In this document: one piece after another, positions 43,025-55,100 of the stretch
Position numbering within the stretch: the first letter of the stretch is position 1
Layout: each line of letters opens with the position of its first letter
NCBI GenBank assembly: GCA_018648805.1
Contig: JABGQM010000010.1
Location: forward strand, 25,486 to 89,485
Length of the DNA stretch: 64,000 nt
DNA from: Verrucomicrobiota bacterium
Lineage (GTDB): Bacteria > Verrucomicrobiota > Kiritimatiellia > UBA8416 > JABMPJ01
Direction of reading: 5' to 3'
Program-made: the position numbers and the translations under genes
The notes under the pieces: model-generated
Told to the model about the DNA's origin: nothing
What the model saw: only the letters and a program-made list of their open reading frames with translations
Database searches by the model: none

Positions 43025-45928
43025 TCAGGAGCATCCCATCGAGTTACCGCAGTTGTAGCAGCGGTAGCAGGCGCCGTTGCGCACGGTGATCGAGCCGCAG
43101 TTGTCGCAGGCCGGGGCATCTTCCATGATGCCCTTGAACTGCTCATCCACGCGTGTGCCGCCGGTGTCCTTCTTTGCATCCGACTCCGCCGCCACAGGCG
43201 CGGCCGGGGCCGCCACCTCGGGCGCGGGAACCGTCCGCGACATCATGGCGGCGTGACCGTTGGGGAAGGTTACCGAGAGCCAGCGGAAGATGTAGTCCAC
43301 GATCGACTTGGCGATCGGGATATCCGGATTTTTTGTGAATCCGCTCGGTTCGAAGCGGCTGTGCGCGAACTTCTGGCAGAGTTCCTGGACGGGTACCCCG
43401 TACTGCAGGCAGAGTGAGATAGCGGTGCCGAAGGCATCCATCGTACCCCCTACGGTGCTGCCTTCCTTGGCCATCGTAATGAACATCTCACCCGGTCCAC
43501 CGTCCTCGTACATGCCCACCGTGAGGTAACCCTCGTGGCCGGCCACCTCAAACTTGTGGGTGATGGACTGGCGCGTGGGCGGCATGCGACGCCGAAACGG
43601 CTTGCGCATGGCGGCCTTGAGGCGGTCGTCCGTGATGTCGGGCTCTTTGTATCCATCCTTGCTCGTACTGAGCGGCTGGATGCGCTTGGAGCCGTCGCGA
43701 TAGATCGCCACGGCCTTGAGCCCCATTTCCCACCCCTCCATGTAGGTCTGCATGATTTCGCTGACCGACGTTTCGGTCGGTACATTGACCGTTTTGCTGA
43801 TCGCCCCCGAGAGGAACGGCTGCACGGCGGCCATCATGCGCAGATGGGCCTTGTAGGAGATGAAGCGGGTGCCATTCTTGGGGCGGAAGGCGCAGTCAAA
43901 CACCTCGAGATGCTCAGGCAGGAGGCCCGGGGCACCCTCAATCGTCTCGTGCTCATCAACATGCTGGGCGATCGTAGCGATCTGGTCGCCCGTATAGCCA
44001 AGACGATCCAGGGCCAGGCCGAGCGAGTTGTTCACGATTTTCATCATGCCGCCGCCGGCGAGTTGCTTGTACTTGATCAGGGCGATGTCGGGTTCGACAC
44101 CCGTGGTGTCGCAGTCCATCATGAAACCGATCGTTCCGGTTGGTGCCAGCACAGTGACCTGGGCATTGCGGAAGCCGCTACGCCCGGCACGGTCGACCAC
44201 CGTGTCCCATGTCTTGGCTGCCGCCGTGACCATGTGGTCCGGTGCCAGATCGGAATCGATATGCTGGACGGCATCGCGATGCATTTTCATAACATCGAGC
44301 ATGCAGTCCTTGTTCTCCGCGTAGCCGTCGAAGGAGCCCTTCACCTTGGCCAGCTCCTGTGAGACCTTGTAGGCGGTGCCGGTCATGAGCGATGTGATGG
44401 CGCCGGCATAGGCGCGGCCTTCGTCGCTGTCATAGGCGAAGCCCATGCGCATGATCAAGGCGCCCAAGTTGGCGTAACCCAGGCCGAGTGGACGGTAGGC
44501 GTGCGAGTTGGAGGCGATCTCTTCCGTTGGGTAACTGGCGCGATCGACCATGATCTCCTGCGCCGTGATGTAGAGGCGCACGACGTGCTCGAAGGTCTTG
44601 CTGTCGAAGGTGCCCTTCTTGTCGACGAATTTCATCAGGTTGATCGAGGCCAGGTTGCAGGCGCTGTTGTCGAGGAACATGTACTCTGAACAGGGGTTGC
44701 TGGCGTTGATCGGGGCCGTATTCTTACACGTGTGCCAGCGGTTGATCGTGGTGTCGTATTGTACCCCGGGGTCACCGCACATATGCGTGCCTTCCGCCAT
44801 ATCGCGCAGCAGGTCGCGCGCCGGGAATGTATCCACCGGCTCGCCCGAGATGACCGCATGGGTCGTCCAGTCGGACTCATTGGCGGCGGCCTGCATAAAC
44901 TCGTCGGTGACGCGCACCGAGAGGTTGGCGTTCTGGTACATGACCGATTCGTAGGCTTCGCCGCCGAAGGAGCCGTCGTAGCCCTGCTCAATCAAGGCCC
45001 AGGCTTTGCGCTCTTCGTTGGTCTTGCAGCTGACGAATTCGCGGATATCGGGATGCTGTACCTTGAGGCTCTGCATCTTGGCGGCGCGACGGGTCTTGCC
45101 GCCTGACTTGATCACCGCGGCCACCTGGTCGAACACCCGCATGAAGCTGAGCGGACCCGACGGTGTGCCGCCGCCGGAGAGGCGCTCGCGACTGCTGCGC
45201 AGTGTGCTCAGGTCCGTGCCGGTGCCCGAGCCGTACTTGAAGAGCATCGCTTCGGCGCCGGCCAGGCGCATGATGTCTTCCATCGTATCTTCCACGGCCT
45301 GAATGAAGCAGGCACTGGCCTGCGGCGAGGCGTAGGTGTCGCCGGCCGGCACGATGGCCTCGGCCTTGTCATCCCACGTGTAGCTGCTGCGGTTATCTGA
45401 CGTGTAGCCGTATACATGGTGCAGGCCCACGTTGAACCAGACCGGACTGTTGAAGGCGCCGTACTGGTTGACACAGAGGAAGGTCATCTCGTCGTAGAAG
45501 GCCTCGGCATCCTCTTCGCTGGCAAAGTAGCCATCTTCGAGGCCCCAGTCGGCCACCGTGCGCGAGACGCGGTGGATCAGCTGGCGGACCGAGTATTCCC
45601 GCTCGTCTGACTCCTGCGCACCGTAGAAATACTTGGAGGCCACCACGTTGGTGGCCAGCATGGACCACCCGCTCGGGACCTCGACGTCATTCTGGCTGAA
45701 GATCGTGTTGCCCTTATCGTCTCCAATCGATGCCAGCCGGCGTTCCCAGTCCAGGGCGTCAAACGGGCTCGTGCCCTCCGTGCTCAGGCGACGGGTGATC
45801 TTGAGTCCCTGCGTCCGGGCAGGACGGTTGGTTTCGGTGGCCTTACGGCTGCGTGGGCGAGGGCGAGAGGTGCGCGCTTTGGCGGTCGGCGGGGCCTCTA
45901 CCTTTTCGTTATCGGTTACATCCAACAT
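43025..45928 (-). CDS. nrdJ: Adenosylcobalamin-dependent (class II) ribonucleotide reductase
   Basis: 967 aa. NPCSEYMFLDNSACNLASINL active-site region. C-terminal CDNCG...CYRCYNCG zinc-ribbon tail. Confidence 0.9.
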   Translation of the reverse strand: MLDVTDNEKVEAPPTAKARTSRPRPRSRKATETNRPARTQGLKITRRLSTEGTSPFDALDWERRLASIGDDKGNTIFSQNDVEVPSGWSMLATNVVASKYFYGAQESDEREYSVRQLIHRVSRTVADWGLEDGYFASEEDAEAFYDEMTFLCVNQYGAFNSPVWFNVGLHHVYGYTSDNRSSYTWDDKAEAIVPAGDTYASPQASACFIQAVEDTMEDIMRLAGAEAMLFKYGSGTGTDLSTLRSSRERLSGGGTPSGPLSFMRVFDQVAAVIKSGGKTRRAAKMQSLKVQHPDIREFVSCKTNEERKAWALIEQGYDGSFGGEAYESVMYQNANLSVRVTDEFMQAAANESDWTTHAVISGEPVDTFPARDLLRDMAEGTHMCGDPGVQYDTTINRWHTCKNTAPINASNPCSEYMFLDNSACNLASINLMKFVDKKGTFDSKTFEHVVRLYITAQEIMVDRASYPTEEIASNSHAYRPLGLGYANLGALIMRMGFAYDSDEGRAYAGAITSLMTGTAYKVSQELAKVKGSFDGYAENKDCMLDVMKMHRDAVQHIDSDLAPDHMVTAAAKTWDTVVDRAGRSGFRNAQVTVLAPTGTIGFMMDCDTTGVEPDIALIKYKQLAGGGMMKIVNNSLGLALDRLGYTGDQIATIAQHVDEHETIEGAPGLLPEHLEVFDCAFRPKNGTRFISYKAHLRMMAAVQPFLSGAISKTVNVPTETSVSEIMQTYMEGWEMGLKAVAIYRDGSKRIQPLSTSKDGYKEPDITDDRLKAAMRKPFRRRMPPTRQSITHKFEVAGHEGYLTVGMYEDGGPGEMFITMAKEGSTVGGTMDAFGTAISLCLQYGVPVQELCQKFAHSRFEPSGFTKNPDIPIAKSIVDYIFRWLSVTFPNGHAAMMSRTVPAPEVAAPAAPVAAESDAKKDTGGTRVDEQFKGIMEDAPACDNCGSITVRNGACYRCYNCGNSMGCS

Positions 45929-45983
45929 TGTCCAAATCCCCTTGTCATCAACGATTTATGAGCGTTATTCAGAAAAACAGCAA

Positions 45984-46041
45984 CCACTATATGTTGTGTT
46001 CTTCGTTCAGCATTGAAAACAATAAACGCCATATATGGGGG
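45984..46041 (-). promoter_or_regulatory. Two candidate NrdR boxes upstream of nrdJ
   Basis: CCACTATATGTTGTGT (45984-99) matches the published acaCwAtATaTwGtgt consensus at 14/16. ACGCCATATATGGGGG (46026-41) matches at 11/16. They lie 56-113 nt upstream of the nrdJ ATG in an AT-rich stretch. Confidence 0.45.
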
Positions 46042-46156
46042 GGTCAAGAAAAAGGATAGAGTGAGAAAACGTTTTCCCGTAACCCTCCGTAAAGCAAGGA
46101 GTTAGAGAAGTGTTTTTTCGGGCCCGAGGGTGCTCTTGTGTAGCAGAACGCGGGCG

Positions 46157-47512
46157 CTATTTCCGCGCCGTGTGATCGGGGCGTTCACGGCCCCTGAACT
46201 GCAGCATGACCGGGGCGCCTTCGAGCCCAAAATGGCTGCGCAGAATGCGGATCAGGTAGGCCCGGTAGGCCGGAACGATGCGCTTGGGGTCGTTGCAGAA
46301 GATACGGAGGATGATCGGTGCATGGCTGACCTGTGTGGCGTAGTAGATCTTGAGGCGTTTGCCCTTTACCGAAGGCGGGGAGACTTTGGCACAGGCCCCC
46401 TCGAGTACACGGTTCAAAACGCCCGTGGGGAGCGTGCTGCTTACTTGGGCGGCCACGTGATCGATGGCCTCCACGGTGCGGCGGATATTGAAGCCGGTCT
46501 TGGCCGAGGCGAAGACAAGTGGGCAGTATCCCATAAAGGGCATGACGCGACTGACTTCCGGGGCGAACTGACGTTGCGTTGTCGTGGCCAGGTCCCACTT
46601 GTTGACGATCACAATGCAGCCTTTGCCCGCTTTCAGAACCGCCGCGGCAATCTTCTTGTCCATGGTCGTGGGCTCTGCGCTGGCGTCGGTCAGGAGCACC
46701 ACCACGTCGGCTTCCTTGATGCTCTTCTCGGCGCGGAAGCGGCTGAAGCGCTCCACCGAGGTGTCGATCTTGCCGACCCGTCGCATGCCGGCCGTGTCCA
46801 CCAGGGTGTAGTGCCGTGCCTGCGGACCTTTACCGACCGTGAAAGGCACATCGATGCTATCGCGCGTGGTACCCGGAATATTGGAGACGATGACGCGGTC
46901 GCTGCGCAGGAGTCGGTTGATGTAGGACGACTTGCCCACGTTGGGGCGCCCCACCACGGCCACGCGCAGGGCGTCCTTCTCCTCGATCTCGACCGCAGGC
47001 GGAAGCTGCGGAATCATGGCCTCCATCAGCTCGCCGAAGCCGCGGTCATGCAGGGCGGATACGGGAAAGGCCGGCAGGCCCAGCCGTTCAAAGTCGATCG
47101 CGGCGGCATCACGTGAAGGGTTGTCAGCCTTGTTGACGGCCAGGACGGTCGGGCAGCCGCTGCGCCGCAGCAGGTTGGCCATTTCCTCGTCGAGCGGCAC
47201 CACGCCGGTTTCGAGGTCTACCACCAGCATCGCCACGGCGGCATCTTCAAGGGCGGCATCGACCTGCAGGCGGATCCCGCCGTCGATGCTATCGGGTTCC
47301 TGGGCGGAGATCGTACCGATACCGCCCGTATCGATTAGCTCGAAATGCTCGTCGTTCCAGACGACCTCGTGCATCAGGCGGTCACGCGTCACGCCGCTCT
47401 GGGCATGCACGATGGCGATACGCCGCCCGGCTAGCCGGTTGAAGATGGCCGATTTGCCGACATTGGGTCGCCCCACGATGGCGATGATGCGTTGCTTAGG
47501 TGTATCGTTCAT
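46157..47512 (-). CDS. der: Ribosome-associated GTPase Der/EngA
   Basis: Two G domains (GRPNVGKS twice; DTGG/DTAG; NKAD/NKWD) and a KH-like C-terminus. ATG 47510-12 overlaps the glnS stop (ATGA). Confidence 0.92.
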   Translation of the reverse strand: MNDTPKQRIIAIVGRPNVGKSAIFNRLAGRRIAIVHAQSGVTRDRLMHEVVWNDEHFELIDTGGIGTISAQEPDSIDGGIRLQVDAALEDAAVAMLVVDLETGVVPLDEEMANLLRRSGCPTVLAVNKADNPSRDAAAIDFERLGLPAFPVSALHDRGFGELMEAMIPQLPPAVEIEEKDALRVAVVGRPNVGKSSYINRLLRSDRVIVSNIPGTTRDSIDVPFTVGKGPQARHYTLVDTAGMRRVGKIDTSVERFSRFRAEKSIKEADVVVLLTDASAEPTTMDKKIAAAVLKAGKGCIVIVNKWDLATTTQRQFAPEVSRVMPFMGYCPLVFASAKTGFNIRRTVEAIDHVAAQVSSTLPTGVLNRVLEGACAKVSPPSVKGKRLKIYYATQVSHAPIILRIFCNDPKRIVPAYRAYLIRILRSHFGLEGAPVMLQFRGRERPDHTARK

Positions 47513-49230
47513 GATGACCGCTTTCTCCATGAGTCGCGCAGCGGGACCACCTGGTTGAACCGGGGGGCGCCCTCACGCGAGTCCTTTGGATCCGAAAAGA
47601 AATAGCCCTTGCGCTCGAACTGGCAGTGTTCGCCAGCGCCCATCGCGAGGATGGCGGGTTCCACTTTCGCTCGCACGGTCGTGAGAGAGTCGGGATTCAG
47701 GTTGTCTTTGAAGTTACCGCTTGTCCCGGCGGAGTCCCGCGTAGTGGCCGAAGCCGGACCCTCATCCACAGTGTCCGGGCGCTCGACCGAGAACAGGCGG
47801 TCGTAGAGCCTCACATCCGCTTCTCCGCCCTTGGTGGCGCAGACCCAGTGGATCGTGCCCCTGACGCGTCGGCCGTCGGGGGCGTCGCCGCCACGCGTGG
47901 CCGGATCATAGGTACAGTGCACCTCGATGATCTCGCCCGTGGCGTCGTCTTTGACCACGCCCGTGCACGTAACAAAGTAGGCGTAGCGCAGGCGCACTTC
48001 GCGCCCGGGGGTCAGGCGATGGAACTTGCGATTGGCCTCTTCGCGGAAGTCGGCCCGTTCGATCCATAGCTCGCGTGAGAAGGGCACCGCCCGTGTGCCG
48101 GCCGATTCGTCCTCGGGGTTGTTGATCGCCTCCAGCTCCTCGACCTGGTCTTCGGGGTAGTTTTCAATCACCAGCTTGATCGGATCAAGCACCGCCATGA
48201 CGCGCCGCGCGGTGCGGTTGAGCTCGTCCTTAATATGGTGCTCGAGCAGTGAGATATCGGTCAGGCTCTCCACCTTCGTGATGCCCACCCCGCGGCAGAA
48301 GCGGCGGATCGAGTCGGCGGTGTAGCCGCGCCGACGCAGGCCGCACAGGGTTGGCATGCGTGGATCGTCCCAGCCCGAGACGTAGTGGCCTTCGACGAGT
48401 TCGAGCAGCTTGCGCTTGCTCATGACCGTATAGGTCAGGTTCAGGCGGGCAAACTCGGTCTGTGCGGGACGGTATACCTCGCAGGCCTCGAGCAGCCAGT
48501 CGTAGAGCGGGCGGTGCACCTCGAACTCGAGCGTACAGAGCGAATGCGTGACGCGTTCTATCGAGTCCTCCAGTCCATGCGCAAAGTCGTAGGTCGGGTA
48601 GAGGCACCAGGTGTCGCCGGTGCGGTGATGTGGGGCGTGTTTGATGCGGTAGAGCGCGGGATCACGCATATGCAGATTCGGGGAGTCCATATCGATCCTG
48701 GCGCGCAGCACGTAGCGGCCGTCCTCAAACTCTCCGGCACGCATGCGGCCGAACAGGTCCAGGTTCTCCTCGACCGAGCGGTCGCGTCCGGGGGTCAGCT
48801 TGCCCGGCCGCGTCGGTACGCCGCGGTATTCTTTGAACGCGTCGACGCTCAGCTCACAGACATAGGCCTTGCCGTCGCTGATCAGCTTGATCGCGCACTC
48901 ATACATCTTCTCGAAGTAATCCGAGGCGTAGTAGAGGTGCTCGCCCCAGTCGAAGCCGAGCCAGCGGACATCTTCCATGATCGAGTCGACATACTCGACA
49001 TCCTCTTTCTCCGGGTTCGTATCGTCGAAACGGAGGTGGCAGACCCCACCGGTCTCCTCGGCAATTCCGAAGTCGAGGCAGATTGCCTTGGCGTGTCCGA
49101 TATGGAGGTAGCCGTTCGGTTCGGGCGGAAAGCGCGTTACCACGCGTCCGTCATACTTTCCGGTCGCCACATCTTCGGCCACCTTGTCGCGAATAAAATC
49201 ACTCAGCGGTTCAGCATCAGCTTTTGACAT
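47509..49230 (-). CDS. glnS: Glutaminyl-tRNA synthetase
   Basis: [18 protein letters not shown] (HIGH), VMSKRKL (KMSKS), full-length class I GlnRS. Confidence 0.93.
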   Translation of the reverse strand: MSKADAEPLSDFIRDKVAEDVATGKYDGRVVTRFPPEPNGYLHIGHAKAICLDFGIAEETGGVCHLRFDDTNPEKEDVEYVDSIMEDVRWLGFDWGEHLYYASDYFEKMYECAIKLISDGKAYVCELSVDAFKEYRGVPTRPGKLTPGRDRSVEENLDLFGRMRAGEFEDGRYVLRARIDMDSPNLHMRDPALYRIKHAPHHRTGDTWCLYPTYDFAHGLEDSIERVTHSLCTLEFEVHRPLYDWLLEACEVYRPAQTEFARLNLTYTVMSKRKLLELVEGHYVSGWDDPRMPTLCGLRRRGYTADSIRRFCRGVGITKVESLTDISLLEHHIKDELNRTARRVMAVLDPIKLVIENYPEDQVEELEAINNPEDESAGTRAVPFSRELWIERADFREEANRKFHRLTPGREVRLRYAYFVTCTGVVKDDATGEIIEVHCTYDPATRGGDAPDGRRVRGTIHWVCATKGGEADVRLYDRLFSVERPDTVDEGPASATTRDSAGTSGNFKDNLNPDSLTTVRAKVEPAILAMGAGEHCQFERKGYFFSDPKDSREGAPRFNQVVPLRDSWRKRSS

Positions 49231-49265
49231 TGCTCGTTACTCCCTTGTTCCAGCCAAAGCAGTTT

Positions 49266-49351
49266 CACCATGAAGGACATGAAGAGCATGAAGATGAAAT
49301 CGATTCGCCGCAGGCGAGTCGACCTTCACTTCCTTCATGTTCTTCATGGTG
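49266..49351. repeat. D-family hairpin (CATGAAG words)
   Basis: CACCATGAAGGACATGAAGAGCATGAAGATGAAATCGATTCGCC, loop GCAG, then GGCGAGTCGACCTTCACTTCCTTCATGTTCTTCATGGTG. The gltX stop (49344-46) lies in the right arm. Confidence 0.85.
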
Positions 49352-50942
49352 AGCTTTGCTCTTCCCTGTCGCACAGGTTTGCGATCGCATAATCCAACCG
49401 CGTCAGGACGCGCTCGCGTCCCAGCAGCACCATCGTTTCGTACAGGCCGGCGCCAATGGGCGTGGCCGTGACCGCCACGCGGATCGGCTGGTTCAGTTTG
49501 CCTTCCTTGATCTCATTTTCGCGTTCGATCTCGTGAATCAGGGATTCAACGGCGTTTTCCTCAAAATCGACATCGGCAAGGCGTTGCCGCAGTGCCGTCA
49601 GCATCTGCACCACACCCTCTTTCTGAAGGAACTTCCGCACGCCCTTGGGGTCGTACTCCAGTTCGTCCGAGAAGAAATACTTCCATACCGCCACGTCCGG
49701 ATAGAGCTGCGTGCGCGACTGCAGCAGAGCGCAGACCTCTCTGAAGAGTTTCTCATCCACCTCACGGCCCCAGTCGTGTTTTGCCAGCTCCGTGCGTGCC
49801 GACGCCATGAAGGTCTCGAGCGGAAGCTCGGCCAGGTAGAGACCGTTCATGTGGGCCAGTTTCTTGAGATCCATCTGCGAGGGGGCGCTGCGCACCCGCT
49901 CGAGCGTGAAGATGGAGACCAAGTCCTCGCGTGAGAGCTTCTCGCGGTCGTCGCCGGGCGCCCAGCCGAGCAGCGTCAGGTAGTTGAAGAGCGCATCCGG
50001 ATCAAACCCGCGTGCCTTGAAATCGCCCACGTAGGCATCCCCGTCACGCTTGCTGTAGGGCTTGCCCTGCGCGTTCACAATCATCGGCAGATGGGCGTAG
50101 ACCGGCGGTGTGTGGCCCAGTGCGGCAAAAAGCAGGACATGGCGGAAGGTGTTCTCGACGTGGTCGTCGCCGCGCACGATGTGCGTGATTTCCTGGACCG
50201 CATCGTCGCAGACATTGGCCAGGTGGAAAACCGGCGCCCCGCTGCTGCGCACGATCACCAGGTCCTTGATCCCGTCCAGCGGCTTGGTCATGCGGCCCTT
50301 GATCAGGTCCTCAAACACCACCTGGCGCCGCTCGAACTCCATCCGCACGACGTGCTCTACTGTGAACTCTGCTTTGCCGGCCAGCACGGTATCCGGCTGT
50401 GCCCCGAGATCGTAGAGGCAATGATCGTCTGCATCGAAGAGGCGCAGCCCCTTGAAGCCTGCCAGGCAGCCGCTCTCCTCGACCGGCTTTCCTTTTTTGC
50501 TCACCATCGCGTATTGCACGCCGGCATGGCTGATTGTGACCGGTACGTCCGGATGCACCGTTAGGTGGGCCGGACCGACCGGCTCGTAGACGTCCGCCAT
50601 CCAGGGCATCCTGAAACAGACCGCCGCGCCCTTGCCCGCCTCACTCGGCAGCGCGTAGGCCGCGCCGGAGGCCTCCAGCTCACCCGCCGCGGCCAGATGC
50701 GCTGTCCGCCGCTGCGACTGGTGCATCACCTCGCCGTCGATATCCAGTTTGAGCCACGCCATCGCCTCGCGCAGCGTCTCCTTGGCCTCATCGGTTGACC
50801 GTTCCAGATCGGTATCCTCGACCCGCAGCAGGAATTCCCCGCCGCGATGCCGCGCAAAAAGCCAATTGAAAATAGCCGCCCGGATATTCCCGATATGGAC
50901 ATGTCCTGTCGGACTCGGTGCAAATCTAACTCGTACTGTCAT
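49344..50942 (-). CDS. gltX: Glutamyl-tRNA synthetase
   Basis: Start MTVRVRFAPSPTGHVHIGNIR (HIGH). KPYSKRDG is KMSKS-like. Confidence 0.92.
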   Translation of the reverse strand: MTVRVRFAPSPTGHVHIGNIRAAIFNWLFARHRGGEFLLRVEDTDLERSTDEAKETLREAMAWLKLDIDGEVMHQSQRRTAHLAAAGELEASGAAYALPSEAGKGAAVCFRMPWMADVYEPVGPAHLTVHPDVPVTISHAGVQYAMVSKKGKPVEESGCLAGFKGLRLFDADDHCLYDLGAQPDTVLAGKAEFTVEHVVRMEFERRQVVFEDLIKGRMTKPLDGIKDLVIVRSSGAPVFHLANVCDDAVQEITHIVRGDDHVENTFRHVLLFAALGHTPPVYAHLPMIVNAQGKPYSKRDGDAYVGDFKARGFDPDALFNYLTLLGWAPGDDREKLSREDLVSIFTLERVRSAPSQMDLKKLAHMNGLYLAELPLETFMASARTELAKHDWGREVDEKLFREVCALLQSRTQLYPDVAVWKYFFSDELEYDPKGVRKFLQKEGVVQMLTALRQRLADVDFEENAVESLIHEIERENEIKEGKLNQPIRVAVTATPIGAGLYETMVLLGRERVLTRLDYAIANLCDREEQSSP

Positions 50943-51105
50943 AACCCCAAACTCCGATCTCCCCAAAAACGTCGGAATCTACCATTCTATAGAGGAAAGG
51001 GACAGCACGAAGAGTGGGGCCTCCGTTCGGGCTCGACATTCATTCGGTAGCTGCGCAGGTTAGGGGGGTGGAATCTGTTGACTATGATCGGACGGGGGCT
51101 GGGTG

Positions 51106-52149
51106 ATGAAGAAGACATTTGATTCGGGGTCGGTTGAGAGCATCTGTTCGTGGATGGGGGAGCACGTGGCTCATCTCGTGCCGGAGATTGAGCACCGCGC
51201 CAAGGCGGAGCTGGCCGTGGAAATCAACCGGATGAAGGGCGAGCGCGATGCGATCATCCTGGGGCACAACTACATGGAGCCGGCGCTGTATCACCTCGTG
51301 GCGGATGTGACGGGTGATTCGCTGGAGCTCTGCCGCAAGGCGGCCGTGGCGAGTCAGCAGGTGATTGTCTTTTGCGGGGTTGAGTTTATGGCCGAGACGG
51401 CGAAGATCATCAATCCCTCGCGGACGGTTCTGATCCCTTCGGAGAAAGCGGGCTGTTCGCTGGCGCAGAGCATCACGGCCGATGATGTGCGTGCGCTGAA
51501 GGCGCGCTACCCCGGCGTGCCGGTCGTGACCTATATCAACACCTATGCCGATGTGAAGGCGGAGACGGATGTCTGCTGCACATCGGGCAATGCGGCCAAG
51601 GTGGTGGCGGCCCTCGATAGCGACAGGGTGATCTTTATTCCGGATGAGTATTTGGCGCGCAATGTGGCGCGGGAGACCGGCAAGACGATTATCTTTCCGG
51701 ATGACGGTAGCAACGGCTGTGGTCCCAATACCTTCATCGGCTGGCATGGCAAGTGCGAGGTACACGAGCTGTTCGGGGTGCAGGACATCACGGATGTAAG
51801 GCGCCAGTTCCCCGACGCGGTGGTGCTGGCTCACCCGGAATGTCCGCCCGAGGTGGTGGAGGCCTCCGATTTCTCGGGCAGCACCTCCGCCATGATTGCC
51901 TACGTGCAGGAGACCGATGCCCCGCACTACCTGCTCCTGACCGAGTGTGCCATGGCGGACAACATCGTGGCGGAGAATCCGGCCAAAGAGCTCCTGCGCA
52001 TGTGCTCGCACCGCTGTCCGCACATGGCCCAGATTACACTCGAGGATACACTGGCTGCGTTGCAGAACCTGCAGTATGAAGTGGATGTTCCGGAGGAGAT
52101 CCGGATCAAGGCCAAAGCCTCGATCGACCGTATGCTGGAAATCGGCTAG
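51106..52149 (+). CDS. nadA: Quinolinate synthase
   Basis: AIILGHNYMEP, VTYINTYADVKA, CTSGNA, LAHPEC, TECAMAD motifs. Confidence 0.9.
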   Translation: MKKTFDSGSVESICSWMGEHVAHLVPEIEHRAKAELAVEINRMKGERDAIILGHNYMEPALYHLVADVTGDSLELCRKAAVASQQVIVFCGVEFMAETAKIINPSRTVLIPSEKAGCSLAQSITADDVRALKARYPGVPVVTYINTYADVKAETDVCCTSGNAAKVVAALDSDRVIFIPDEYLARNVARETGKTIIFPDDGSNGCGPNTFIGWHGKCEVHELFGVQDITDVRRQFPDAVVLAHPECPPEVVEASDFSGSTSAMIAYVQETDAPHYLLLTECAMADNIVAENPAKELLRMCSHRCPHMAQITLEDTLAALQNLQYEVDVPEEIRIKAKASIDRMLEIG

Positions 52150-52161
52150 GGGGAACTACAA

Positions 52162-55100
52162 ATGAAGAAGCGGCTATGGAGTGTGGTGATATTGGCGCTG
52201 GGCACCGCGTGGTGTCGGGCCGATTACGAGGTGCAGAAGAGTGTGACGGCGCGTCACGCCAAGACGGGGGTGACGGTCATCGCGGGCACGGTTGAGCTGC
52301 CGACCGGGGACGACTGGTATCTCAAGGAGTCGCTCCAGAGGGTCGGGGGGCTATCCGACATCGTGCTGCTTCCACCCGACGCGGCGTTCACGTTGCGCAA
52401 GGGCCGACGCACGCGGATGATCGAGGAGGAGCGGCTACGCAAGCACAACCGTGGCCGATTGCAGAGTCTCTACTGGTCGCTGCGCCGCTATGCCACCGAG
52501 CACGAGGGCGTGGCGCCTGTATCGTTGGATGCACTCAATCGGTCACAGTGGTCCAACGAGGTCGCGCGTGCCACGTTTCACTATATCCCCGGGCTCAAGC
52601 TGCTCGATCGGAAGGCGACCAACCGCTGGGTGAATGCCTCGACCAACGCCTTGGTGGCATTCGAGCTGAAGCCGGCCGTGGATGACGGCAAGCACTGGGT
52701 GTTGCGCAGCGGCGGTGCGGTGCGGCATGAAGCGATTGATGCCGCCCTTCTTGAACAGTACAGCGTGGAGCTGACGCCAGGGGCCAAGCCGGTTCAGGAG
52801 CAGCTGAAGGCTATTCCGAAGGCGCTGACCTATCAGATTATGGCGCAGCGTCGGGATGCGGCCGACGGTCATGTCACGCTTGAGCTGATGAACAGCGGGT
52901 CGGACGCGGTGCATGCCCTGAAATGGGACTACACCGCTGCGGCTGAAGCGGAGCGCGACATCGCGAAGGAGTGGGCCCGCATCCGAATGTGGTCGCTGAA
53001 TGCGATGGACCAGGGCGATGGGGCATCGGTGTTGACCTACTGGATTGGTGCCCTGGCCAATCAGTACGGGCTCAAGGTGCCGGACCGACCGCAGCCGGGT
53101 GGGCGCCGGCGTCGCCGGCGTGAACGGCAAACCAGCCTGTTCAATGTGCTGGGCGGACGCGCCGCGATTCGCGAAACGCTGCAGCTGCAGTCGATCGGCG
53201 GCAGGGCGAGCATGCCGGCGTCGAATAGGATTGATGTGACGACGCTCAAAGGTGTGACCGTGAAGTCGCACCCCTTCAAGGAGATGCTGGGCGATGCTGA
53301 GGGCGGCCGACTGGCCCTGGCCGATCTGGCGCCGCCGGACCGTCTCTTCGCCTATTTTGCTAAACCGGAGGCGCTGTTGCAGATGATGGACGGCGGCACG
53401 GACTTCATTTTTCGCGGCGGGGCGTCCGCCACCGGACGCAGCCTCGAGTATGGCATGACGGCGCGCTACCTCGGCAAGCTGGGTGTCTCGGAACAGTGGG
53501 TACGCGGTCTACTCAAGAGCGGAGTGATCGAAGAGATGGCGGTTATGCTGCCGGATCTCTTTCTGGTGGATGGCACCGACCTGACCGTGGTCAGCCGTCT
53601 CAAGAATCCGCGCTTGGCGGCGGCTTCGCTCAAGATGCTGGGGCTGAGCTCGCTCAAGGGGATCGTGGCGCGCAAGGCCGATGACTGGAGCGATGTCTTC
53701 TGGACGCAGCGCGACGACCTGCTGTTGATCAGTACCCAGCGCGCCGAGCTCGACCGTGTGTTGGCGCTGCTTGCGGACCCGGCGGAGAGCCTGGGGCAGA
53801 GCGCGGAGTTTCGCTACATGCTGAGCCGTCAGCCGCTCAATGAGCGCACGCGGGCCACTGTCTATTTTTCGGATCCTTTCGTACGCCGGCTGGTGGGGCC
53901 GGCTGCCAAGATTGGCCAGCTACGCCGGCTGCAGGCCCGTGCCGAGATGGAAGCCATCACGGCGGGCAACCTGCTCTACCAGGCCGACGGCCATGGCGGG
54001 AAGGCCACGCTTGAGGTGCTGGTCGAGAAGGGCTATGTACGCCAGCCGGTCCGCGTCAGGGATGCGGTTTTGGATGCGGGGGGTAGGGTGGCGTCGGAGC
54101 AGTTTGGGACGCTCACGCAGATGGCCACACTTCTGGCATCGCCGGTCGCACTGGTGAGCGATCGCGAGGCCAAGGCCTATCGTACTTATGTGGATGGCTA
54201 CAACCGTTTCTGGCGCCGTTTCTTCGACCCGATCGGGATTCGCTTTGACCAGACCTCGGCCAAGGAGATGGCTCTCTCGATCTTTATTCTCCCGCTGATC
54301 GACAACTCGCTCTATGCCGGGCTGCGGCAAGCCTTGATCGCGGGAGAGAACGCGGCGCCCTTGCCGCTGCCGGAGCTGGATCCGGCGCCGGTAGCCACCC
54401 TGTCATTCAACCTCAATGAGAAGGCCTGGATGGAGGTGGTGGAGAACATGGACGACCTACTTGAGCAGATGCTCGGGATTGGACCTGACATTCTGGATAA
54501 CCTGGGGCCGGACGTTCACATTGCGATGGGGGATGCCGACCCGATCATCGGCCTGGGGAGCGGCGAGTTGACCGCGCTGGCGGGGCTCACCGGCGGCGGG
54601 ATGTCCGATGAGATGTTCATGATTCCGATGGTGGTTTCGATGCTGACCCGGCCCTGCGTGCTGATGGTGGGGTTGGATGATCCCGCGGCGGTGCGCGCCA
54701 AGTTGGGCCGCATGGCGACCGGCACGCTCTCCGGGCGACGCATGTTTCTTGATGCGGGCGGCTCACTCTACAAGCTCGCCGAGCGGGACGCATGGCACTA
54801 CGTGGTCTCGATCGGCGGGATGCTCAACCTGCGCTTCGGTCTTGAGATCAAGGACCGCTATCTCGTGATCAGCAATCTGCCGCTGACGCACGATCCGGCC
54901 GTTCGTTCCTGGCGCGAGGCCCCGCACAACGCGGCGGCCATGGTGCTGAATCCGGCGGCCTGCCTGCAGCAGCTTCCGGCCCTCTTCACCTCGGCCTCGA
55001 GTCGTCAGCGTGCCGCGGCGATGGGTGGCTTGGGTGGGCTTTACCCCATGCTGCGCAGCGGGTCGGGCGATGTGCCGCAGGCGATCGCGCGTCACCGTCG

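Noticed and set aside
45929-46156. Cobalamin riboswitch in the nrdJ leader
   Set aside because: No B12-box-like core is seen. The region is better explained by NrdR-like palindromes and an AT-rich promoter.
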